A stretch of 64,000 nt of DNA from Lingula anatina (Eukaryota; Animalia; Brachiopoda): contig CM120640.1 of NCBI GenBank assembly GCA_051362555.1, forward strand, positions 18,352,001-18,416,000, given 5' to 3'. This document shows positions 39,679 through 50,298 of the stretch, piece by piece (position 1 is the stretch's first letter; the number at the start of each line of letters is the position of its first letter). The position numbers and the translations under genes were made by a program. The notes under the pieces are model-generated. The model worked only from the letters and a program-made list of their open reading frames with translations. It was not told the origin of the DNA and searched no databases.

Positions 39679-41202
39679 TTACACTGCTGTTCCATCTATG
39701 TTACTTATGAGAGAACGTAACAATTCCAATGTCCAACTGGCATACCGATTTGCTTCCTCTTGTGTAAATCTCCGTGCATTGTAGCTCAGGTTGTATCTTA
39801 GTCTTCCTTGTAAAGAGTGAACAAAATGTACAACAGATTGTCCCTCTAGGAGATTTGCTGACCTAGCAACATCTGTCACCTGCACATGGTCCCCTGTCCC
39901 TAAAACAAAAGAAATCTTTTCTTATAGCTTGTTATACATATGCAGTACTAATATCATACTCACAGCAGGTAAGGGCAGGGTGATTTTATAACATCAGACG
40001 CTCAGACTGGATGTTTTCCCCCCAGGGGCCTATGCTTATTTTGTATACTATTTTAGAGGCCCCTGATATCAAATGGTACTGATAACATGCCGATGATCAT
40101 GCCTATAATACTATTATTTGAGTTTGAAGTTAGACTCAAATATTAAGGTAAAACAGAGTTACAGTTTGCCTGATTTCATCGTTGAACAGAATAATTGTAC
40201 GCCAGGTGTAAGTTTACCTGGGCACTTAATCTCACTGACAGCGAGTCCACCCAACACTACTTTCTTACTGAGTAATAAATCCAGACTTAAAGCAAGGCAT
40301 TAGACAGTCAGATATGCCTGATAAATTTCATATTTGTCCAATAAAAAACCTTGTATCATCTGTCCTTATGTCAGATGAGTTTTCAAGTTAACTTGGTATG
40401 TGGAAATCTAAGGGATACATTTTCATTTCTTTTATTGGTGAGATATTTTAACTAACTTGTGGGATTAAAAATCATGGGGAGTTACCTGCTAATTATAGAT
40501 AATTTATTCACCTCAGTTTCACTCTAAAAATACCGTTTTGTGACTGGCTGAGGATGGGGAATTCTTATATGACATTGTTGATGATATCCTAAAGAAAATG
40601 GCTGCATACCATGTGGGTACACATTTTTTGTGTTTTTACTGACTTGATGCTATGTTTCATCATAAATTGTGCACTACCTGGCAAATGGGAAAACAAAGTG
40701 AGGAAGAGAAATGGATTGACTGTTTAGGGAAAAGTGGAAAGAAGGTAGACCCTTGCTGTTTTACAATCCACAAGAGAGAAAACATTCTGTGCACAGCATC
40801 AGGAATACCACATTGATACTCAACAGCAACAGAAATCTAACTTCTTTATTGCTAGTTCTGACTATTTCTGCACATCTGCTGTTCATGGCCATGAGTCAGC
40901 AAAATGGCACATGATGCCTCACATTTTTTTTATCAAAAGAAAACATATGAAAAAATTCAGTCTCTCGCTGGACAGGCCTTATCATAACTTCAAATGGCTG
41001 AAAGGGACCGCCTCACATGTTATTTCGCAATGCATATGTTATTGCCAAACAACAGGTGAAATCGTTTTCTGGTTAACAGACAATTTTATGGACAGACATT
41101 TGATATTACTGATTACACTTTCTTCATACTTGTACTGTATTTCTAGTGGTCCTAGTGTCATTCTGTGAAGCCATTTTCATTAAGTAATAATCAACTTATC
41201 TT

Positions 41203-41264
<62 letters not shown>

Positions 41265-43293
41265 TATCTTAAGATTGTTTCAAAATGTATGGAATATATG
41301 GAATATATGGAAAATCTGATAACATAAAAAAATTGAATAATTTGCTACATTTCTATAATTTTGCTTCAGTCTGACAAATTTTGTTTTGGCCTGACATAAT
41401 TTTGAAGCTTGTCAGAACAAAATTGTCTGACAGTATTTTGGCCTTTCACAAAGTCTAAGATCAAAAAAGGTGTGCATTCTTTGCTAAAAGAGCATCTGAA
41501 ACAAAAGTCTAGAAACATTGATTCCTATCAAAAAAGTGTATAAAATCTTCATACCTGACAGAATTCCAGAACAATCCCCCATGTTTGAAATAGCAAAGCA
41601 TCTTTGCTCCGCTGCTACAAAAAATAATACCAGAATATGCTTAAAAAAGACAAACTGCCTATGTGCAAATATAAATGTTCAGATGTCTCGAATAACTTAA
41701 CATGCTGCTAAAATTTAAAATCACATGCCCACACCAAATTCTTTCGACAAAATATTATCAAATCAACATTGCACTACTAGAACATATACTATGACAAATT
41801 GGTGTTGAGCTAAAGATCTGGAAAGATCCATCTTCCATACATTTCCTTCCTCGCTGTAAGATATAAAATCAGCATCTACATTATGCTTACATATTTTCAT
41901 GTTGCTCCTCAGATCCTTAGCCTTCATTTTTTGTACAAAGTAATTTGCCAGACGTAGTTGCTTGAGCAAGTCACCATTTTCAAAAATTGTGTGCATTTGA
42001 GAACTCGTACTTCGTGCAGCATCCCAGAGAGATTTAGGATTGTCATTTGAGGGCGACAGTGTCACAGGAATTAGAGTTGATAAAAATAAGACACCCAATG
42101 CATTTTTCCCTTCCTCCGTCTCACAGAAACGTCGCATGTTGACAGTCTGCTCTACAGCTACTGTATTCTCCTGCAAAATATTTGTTGAAATAATCATTTT
42201 TGAGAAAATACTTTCAGTTAAATTACTCCACATATCAAAATGCACATATTGTAAAAAGAACAATATCATACTTTGCTCATATACATATATATGAATAGTT
42301 TGTTTTCCATAGTTATTTATCACAGTGAGCAAAATAAGAAAACGCATTAAGTGATAAAGTCATTATGCTGAACTGTCATTAATTTTAGGAAACAAGTATT
42401 GATGCTATAACCTGAATATCGCCTTGAGGTTTGTTTCTGCCATATATCATCCAGGCAGTGGCTGTGCTTGCAGCTGCAGTGAATGCCCCATTGACTGTTG
42501 TCTGCTGTAATCTACACATTTTTCTCAAGAGCTTGGTTTCCTCCTTGGAGAGGCCATCTGTAGAGATGCTGAATGTATGTGATGGGTATGTATCAACTAG
42601 AGGGTATCTCACTGCAAAAATGTTTGGTTTTGGTTTAGAAAACATTGTGTTCCAAATAAACTTTCCCAATACTAGATAATCCATCCAACCAAAGGCCTTT
42701 TCACTCTGAGGCATCAAATCTACAAGGGATGGGTCTATTTTAGTGTGTGGAGTTTTGTCTGGTTGTCCTCCATCAATGAGTCCATTCAGGATTTTTAGAA
42801 ACTGCCTACATATACTCATATTAGTAAATCCATCAGTAAGTACATGATCAATACCAAAGATCACAGCAGATTTGTAAGGGTTGCCCTCCTTTCTGGTGTC
42901 TCCCAAAGCTGACTCTCTGCAAACTGTTGGAAGGAAGCGCATCTTCCAGAGAGGGCCTGTTTTAAGGTTGTAGACCACCTTCATCATTTCATCTTGTTCT
43001 TTTCTCCAATCTGTCTCATTGCTGACTTCAAGGGGAACAGTCACAGTGTCCTTTAATTCAAAGAAATATTTTCCATCCATCTCTTTAACAACACACAGGC
43101 GTAGTAAAGGCATGGTTTCCTGTAGCAGTGCTGCAGCCTGGTGGATGAGGTCAACAGACAGAGGTGACTTTGATTCTAGCTGCCATGTATATGCAAGTGA
43201 ATAGGGTATATTTAGTTCAGTCGTCAAGGCAAAAAAGTATTCTGTGAAGCCTAAAGGACGCCTACAACATGAGACGGTGGCCATGGATGCCAT
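39679..43293 (-). CDS. CoA-dependent acyltransferase of the condensation-domain/alcohol O-acetyltransferase (Atf/PapA5-like) fold, 480 aa
   Basis: Exons 43293-42412, 42170-41891, 41614-41555, 39899-39679 (1443 nt, in frame, GT-AG). Motifs RPLGFTE, PLLRLCV, GPLWKMRF, catalytic DHVLTDG (HxxxDG), CRLQQTTVNGAFTAA, VNMRRF, ISNMG. Confidence 0.85.
41206..41262. repeat. (TA)n microsatellite
   Basis: Visible. Confidence 0.9.
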
Positions 43294-43409
43294 ATTAGTT
43301 ATACCCGTCAGTTAGTGCCTGAAACAGAAATAAAAAAACAACTCTTTACACTGGTGAATATAAAAACAGAAAACAGTGGTGGGATTTTGGCATGGGGGGG
43401 GGGAAGGAC

Positions 43410-43637
43410 TGTAGTGACTGGCTGGGGTAGACCCAGGCTTGATAGCTCATCAGTGGTAGAGCACTTGCACTGTAAGCGTATTAACTCGGGTTCGATCCCC
43501 AGTGGAGTAAGGCATTTTCCTCCCAAATTGCTATGATGGTGGCAACAGTGGACTCCGTCATTTGACATTTGAGAGGGAGTGTAGTGACTGGCCAGGGTAG
43601 ACCCAGGCTTAGAAGCTCAGCAGTAAAGCACTTGCAT
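43410..43637 (+). mobile_element. Miniature LTR retroelement (TRIM) with tRNA-derived LTR
   Basis: LTR1 43410-~43536 begins TGTAGTGAC and contains box A TAGCTCA..AGTGGTAGAGC and box B GGTTCGATCC; PBS TGGTGGCAACAGTGG 43537-43551; PPT GAGAGGGAG 43571-43579; LTR2 from 43580 (TGTAGTGACTGG..GGGTAGACCCAGGCTT), truncated. Confidence 0.7.
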
Positions 43638-43641
43638 GAGA

Positions 43642-45400
43642 TTTGAAGGGGGGAGGGGCAGTACTTTATCAGAAACAGGACGGTAAAGATAGGGTCATTG
43701 CATACGCAAGTAAAGGTTTGCCCAAAACCAGAAAAGAAATATTCAATTCATAAATTGGAATTCTTAGCTTTGAAATGGGCAGTTACAGAAATTTTTTTAG
43801 ATTATTTACAAAGGTTAAGAAATTATTTTACAGTGAGAACAGACAACAACTCATTAACATGTGTACTGATATCTGCAAAGTTGGATTCAACAGGTTAACG
43901 CTGGATTGCAGACCTGTCAAACTACAATTTCAATATTGTTTATGTTTCAGACAAGTCCAATGTTAAAGCAGAAATTGGGCGCAGGAAATTACATCTGATT
44001 TTCAAATTCAGAAGCTATTGATTGAGGTCTTTCCTTGCTTAGAAGGCATGATCCCAAAGAAACTGTCTCCTATTCAGACAAATCAGCAGAAAGATTGGCA
44101 GAAGTTGCAAGAAGCAGATCCTATTGAAAAAAAAATGTATGTAATCATTTAAAGGGTGATAAGAAGGTAATAAGAGGGAAAGATGTGGAAAGTAAAACTC
44201 TGGAAGAAAGTTGAAGCTTGTACAAGACGATCAAATAATGGTTCAGTCACTAAACATTTACGTAGTTTAACTTGAAGCCTTAAAATAAGATGCTTTGTAT
44301 GATGAAATTGGTCATCTTTAAGAGACAGAGTTGTAGATCTCATAGAGCGTTTTCATTGGAATGAATGATAAAGCAAACATCTGAGTACATAAATGGTTGC
44401 CCTAGGTGTATAAAACCTAAATTTGTAACCCAATGTCCATGCTGAATTGTGTCCTATATCATCTTCGGATCCTTTAGAGTTAGTCAGTCTGTATGGACTA
44501 TCTTACAATAATGGATGAAAAAGGTGGAATTGAATATATACTGGTGATAATGGATCATTTTACAAGATAACCGTAAGCATTCCCTACTTTTAATCAGACA
44601 GCCAGAACAACAGCTAAGGTATTATTTGAGAAATCAGTGGTGCCACCATGGTTTTCTTAGTAGAATTCACACAGACCAAGGCAAAGTAATGAGTGAAGGC
44701 AAAGTAATAAACGAGTTACATCAGTTAGCAGGGATTTAGAAATCCAGAACTACTCCTTACCATGCAATGGGCAATGTGACGTATGAATCATACATTGTTT
44801 GATATACTCTGTACGCCAAGTCCAAGTCAGAAAGAGATTTGGAAAAAACACACTGGTTCACTTGTGCATGTGTACAACTGTACTTGAAACAGTTCAGGTA
44901 GATTCTCTCCTTATTTATTGATGTTTAGTAGATATCCTAGGCTATACCTATCATTTACTACAAGACTGTACTCTTGAAAGTGCACATGCCTTTACTTCAC
45001 ACTCACTGTATGTAGTTTAAAGCAGAAATTATGGGATTCTTATTGGTTGGCATATTAAGAAAGCACAGGCAGCAAAAGGCAGAAGAAACACTTTGATAAG
45101 AAATCAAGAGGGAACATGTTGTCAGTTGGAGAACAAGTGCTATTGCGCAATCTTGCTCTTGTTGGTAAGCATGAGCTTGCTGAACTTTGGAAAAATGAGG
45201 TGTTTATGGTCTTATTACAACCAAATAAAGAAATTCCAAAAATTAATATACAGACAGCAAATTGTGTACAGGAAAAATAAAAACAGTACACAGAAACAAA
45301 CTTTATTGCCAGTATATGCCTTGTTGTACTTAAAAGAGTTTACCAGAAGAGCAACAAAAAGATACCGAATCATCATGCAAACCCAAGAGAAGTAGAAGAA
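43642..45400 (+). mobile_element. Decayed Ty3/Gypsy pol fragment (RNase H + integrase)
   Basis: GAVLYQKQDGKDRVIAYASK, EKKYSIHKLEFLALKWAVTE, FTVRTDNNSL, AKLDSTG.RW; integrase LVIMDHFTR, NQTARTTAKVL, IHTDQG, SRTTPYHAMGN; many stops and frameshifts. Confidence 0.9.
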
Positions 45401-46567
45401 AACCAGCTTGGTTAAAAGACAACAACAGGTTATTAAATTGACATAAAGAACAAGTATTTTATTTTGATATGTATAAATATTATACAATAAAAATTAATAA
45501 AGTGAAATAAATCGTAGTTCCTTTCTTGTTGTCCCAATTAAATGGCATGGAAACTTTGTTCCTAGCAGGGTTGTGATGGTTATGTGTATATGGTGGTGAT
45601 TGTACTAGTGCAGTGTCTGTATCTCTGTCTCTCTCTATATATATAATACCAGTATGCCCCTTTTTTTTATACAGCAGTACATTGTTGCTCATGTGTGCCA
45701 CATCAACTTGCAGGTAAGGATTGACTTAACTAATCTGCTTTTGCTTTTTAATTTTTCTCATTTATAAATGTTATTTTATTTTTTATTCTTCAGTGCTTTT
45801 TAGTAGTTTCTTTTGCTATTTATGTTCTTCTTCGAGCTTAGTTTTTTTTCATAATAATTCTTTAAATTTATTAGTAGTTCTTTTAATTTTGTCTATTTTC
45901 TCGAATGTTACTTCTTCAATTTTTTTAGTTTTAGTTCAAGTAATTCTTTCTGTTAGTTGTTTGATATTATTTTGAGGCATTTGTTGCTCATGTGTGCCAC
46001 GTCAAATTGCAGGGGTCTCGTAATACTTCAATGCTTGAAATGAAACGCAGTTGTATCATATTGTTTTTCCTCATATTGTACTTGCCTCAGTTTGTGACCT
46101 TACATGCTAACCCTTTCCGCAGGTACGGTACATGGGGTACCGTTAGCGTCTAAAGCCGCAAGGCAGATGAATTTAAAAACCAATAATAATGCCAATTCAT
46201 GGGTAATGTCATGGTTTTGCCAAGCATGGGGAATCCGTTAAGGTGACCCTCTTACCAAATACCCAGGCTATTAAGTTGTTAATTTCTCAAACTGGGCATG
46301 AAAAGGGCCTAATATACATGTACAGTAGTCCTCTGATGTATCTCACCGACGTGTAGATAACCTTACCTATCCCTGGTAACGTAAATGCCTGAGTTCGCTT
46401 CCTTCCGATATTCCTATGACCTCTAGATTTTATATTCTTGCTCTTTAGCAACTATATTGTATTTAAATATGTTTCAGACCATTTACGGAGGCTGCAGAAT
46501 ATATTTAGACAAATGGACTGCAGTTAAACTGACACTCCGCCAGCTGTCCCATGTCCTCAAGATTTTT

Positions 46568-46607
46568 CCGCTAGAGGGCACCAAAGTTATACTTTAGGTC
46601 AAGGTCA
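46568..46607 (+). promoter_or_regulatory. CTCF-like motif and SF-1/ERR-type element at the FDX1 5' end
   Basis: CCGCTAGAGGGCAC (46568-46581); AGGTCAAGGTCA (46596-46607) containing TCAAGGTCA. Confidence 0.45.
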
Positions 46608-46628
46608 TTTTATAACGTGTTGGCCAAC

Positions 46629-48723
46629 ATGTTTAGGAGAAGTGCTAGAATACTGGGAGTTTTATCTAGAGCTCCTTTTGACACTGTTGGGGCACCATGT
46701 AAACAAGCTATACGTACAGTTTCAAGAGGACATACGGATACTATTTTGAGACAATTTAGCGTTTCTACAGTTGTTTTACAGAACTGGAAGAAGAAGGAAA
46801 CGTAAGTAATATAACTCGCCAAGAAAAGAGTTTTGACAGTTAATGCCATTGATAAAGATACGCTACACATTCGTTTTTGAAACTGCCCTTAAGTTATGTA
46901 TTCTAGGTCTTCATATCCAAATTACCCCCACCCACCCCCACCTGTACATGCTACGGAAGAGGTACTTACCCTATGTTACAATCTCTGGATACTTAAATTA
47001 AATATTTACATGTACATCCTGGGGAAACTATGTATGTCTTTTGAAGTGTCTTGTACCTGTATGTATATCATTCGTAAAGTCCTTTTGTATCGGCTCAAGA
47101 ACCAGAATGTACTATTTCATCTTTACTCCAATAGGCAAGGAATATCCTTCTCAACATATGCAAAGAAAACTTAAACTTTGACGCAGAACTTAATTTTTAT
47201 TCTGGAATCTTGGACATTATAAATCATTTATAATATTGGAAATAGTGTGAGATTTTATTGTAGGTCCTTAAAAGATTTGTACAAGATGTACAATGGCAAT
47301 GCAAAGTCTTGATATTCAGTTTATTTTTTCACTAGACTTTGAAACCATTGAGTAAAGTTTTCCATCTTCACTAACACTCCATGTCTACATACCTCATTTC
47401 CTCTTTATTGTTCACCTTCACATGTTGCACAATACTGAAAACGGATTGATATTTTCTGCTGATGGAGACAAGTTCTGAGGAAATCTGCCTACATGCTAGT
47501 GCAATTTTCCCAGGTTAATCCTTTAAATTCTCATCCATTATCCCTGTTCTTGATGGTACAGTTTCTCATTATTGTTAGTATGGGTTCTGTTCTGTTTCCA
47601 GTATATAAAACATTTTAAGGTGCCTCAAAAGAGTTAAGCAGCAGGTAAGCCACAGGGGCATTTTTTTCAAATTCTATGATAGGTACATTAACAGGTTTCC
47701 TCTTAATAAGAATGATTCTCAAAAACTATTTATAAATATCATAATCTTATCTACTTTTAGGGTGACCATCCATTTTGTTTTGCAAGATGGAACTAAAGAA
47801 TCCGTCCAGGCAAATATTGGAGACAATTTGTTAGATGTGGTGTTAGATAATGATGTTGATATAGATGGGTTTGGTAAGTAACATAACTGAATTTTAATTT
47901 CCCTAAATACAAGTAGTGAAAACAATACATGGTGTAAAGAGAAATTTCCCAAATGTTAAATAAATACACCATGCTGATGAAATTTTTCATCAATAATTTG
48001 AATAATTTATTATTAGCATTCATTCTTTTTTAATGACAACAATTTGAAATGTGATATCAGGGAGGGAAAACCAGTGGAATGTGCATGACATAATATACCC
48101 TGCATATAAAAACCTTTATGTAATTTCAATCTCCCAAGTAAATGTAGCTTCATATTTAATGTGTGTAGACATGCATTAGTGCATTATTCTTTTGTGATTA
48201 CGAAGACTGTGGTTGTAATCTTCTTGATCTAATGATTCAGGTGCCTGTGAAGGAACCCTGGCATGCTCCACATGCCATTTAATTTTCAAGAAAGAGGATT
48301 ATGATCAACTACCTGAGGAACCCACTGATGAAGAGCTAGACATGCTGGACTTAGCATATGGATTAACTGATACGTAAGTTTACACCTGCCACAGGTATAG
48401 TATTAGTTCATTGCAACGAAAAACTAATGCTACAGAGTCGGACTTTTTTTGAGATTTTTTGAGATTTCTTGGGGGAAATTCCCCAAACTGCAACCTTAGA
48501 AATTATAAGGGATTTAAAGTGATTTCTTAAACCTTGGACGAGAATCTTCAAATCATTACTGATTATTACTTAGTTCTATGAAACATGTTTACCTACTGTC
48601 CAAACTTAAACCGAAATGCATTTGTATTTCAGATCAAGGTTAGGCTGCCAGGTTATAGTAACAAAGGACATGGATGGACTGGAAGTCAGCGTCCCTTCAG
48701 GGGTAGCAGATGCAAGGTCTTGA
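46629..48723 (+). CDS. FDX1: Adrenodoxin, mitochondrial [2Fe-2S] ferredoxin 1 (169 aa)
   Basis: Exons 46629-46801, 47761-47873, 48241-48373, 48633-48723 (510 nt). [49 protein letters not shown] match FDX1 rather than FDX2; Arg-rich presequence. Confidence 0.95.
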
Positions 48724-49988
48724 TGATGTATTCTTTAATTAGGCACTAGTCAACACCTGCAGAATTGTCACATATATAAATCATGAATATTTATAGGACT
48801 CGTGTACATTGCTTTTATATGTATCTGACTACTTTGGCATAAAAGAAAAACATGTTTAAGAGAGCATAACCAAGGTTTCCTGACATGTAAATTGTCTTCT
48901 TATACAGTATTCATACTTGCATGCAATGAAGAGACACATTTTGGTCAACTCATGGTCTGGTAAAGATATGTCAATAGTAGGCCGAGGATAACCTAGGCTC
49001 CTCAGGGAGGGACAGATTGGGAATCATTTGCTCCCAGGCAGGTCAGAAATATGACTTCCCTTCAAATGGTATTGAAATACCTGTAATATACCGTAATTAT
49101 GAAGGGTGACATTTCTTAAGCTTATCGTTTATCAACTCTGCTCAAAATGAGGATGTTATGTTATCTAGCCACAAAAACTTCCAGATTAAATTTTACCTCA
49201 GAATTATATATAGATGTATTGTAGAAGGTTTTATATGTAGTGTATAATGTCTGATGTTAGTTGCACTGCAGAATGCAGATGTTTCTTATATTTATAACAT
49301 GATAAAGAGACCAGTAGGTTAATGTAATAATACATCCTATTCTTTATTTGGATTCTGTATTATATTTTCTTTGTTTTCATTCATGATTATCAATATATAC
49401 TGTACATGTCACAAGTAATAATATGGAACTTGTTACGGTAAATGTGATACTTAGATTAATGAGCATTATTTTACAATACATGATGGCAAGCTCGGAATGG
49501 TTAGCATCTGACTGACTAATCCATGTAAACGGTCAAACATAAAATTTTACTTTCCTGGAAAAAGGACAAGGTAAAAATTAAAGATGCCCTTATGATTGTT
49601 TTCTGTATTTAATCTTCACTTAAGAGTATGGAATGTAGTTAGTACAAACAGCATTCATTTGGTGGTTAGTTCTGTTAGGAATTGCTATAATGTGAGTATA
49701 GAAAAATGATGTGTTCAATGCTAAAATTGTCCCATGTTAGATTTGATTTCTCATAGACTTAAAGATGTTTTAAAGTATAAAATAATTCATACTGAAACTT
49801 TAACTTGCTTGTTGTAATTGACAAAACTTGCCTGTATCCTAGTGCACAGTTTGGCGCAAGGATATCACCAGTAACGAACCACAAAGCCTGCAAGCTTTTA
49901 TTTTGTGATGTTTTCTTTGGTATTGTTTTGCTCTGGTGTCTGATTTTGTGTGCCCTAAGAAAAGAGCAGTAGCATTATTAGGTACTAT

Positions 49989-50298
49989 GGGACCATTCAG
50001 ATTGAGGAGAGCCGAGTGTTAGTAAGGCCGCGACCTAAATATGGCAGAGCTACATGAAAGGAAGACCGCTAATCCTTTAATGGTCTCTCCGCCTCTCACA
50101 CGCCTCCCCACGTCGTCCCTGTAGGGGCACAGTAATTAAATCTTGGCTCACTTCAACCGTTCGAGCAACAACGCGTGGGGAGGCATGCGAGAGGCAGAGA
50201 GACCATTACATGATTAGCAGTCTTCCTTTAATGTAGCTCTGCCATATTAAGGTTGCGGCCTTAACTATCATTTGGCTCTTCTCAACCCGAATGGTCCC
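49989..50298. mobile_element. 310-bp fold-back MITE with ~130-bp inverted arms
   Basis: GGGACCATTC...GCCTCCCCACG versus CGTGGGGAGGC...GAATGGTCCC; flanked by TAT/TAA. Confidence 0.85.

Noticed and set aside
43436-43510. Functional tRNA gene
   Set aside because: Boxes A and B are present but the acceptor and anticodon stems do not pair properly, and the sequence is embedded in an LTR-like direct repeat
46108-46312. piggyBac-like MITE (TAACCCTTT...AAAGGG)
   Set aside because: The terminal match is too short and TTAA target sites are not intact
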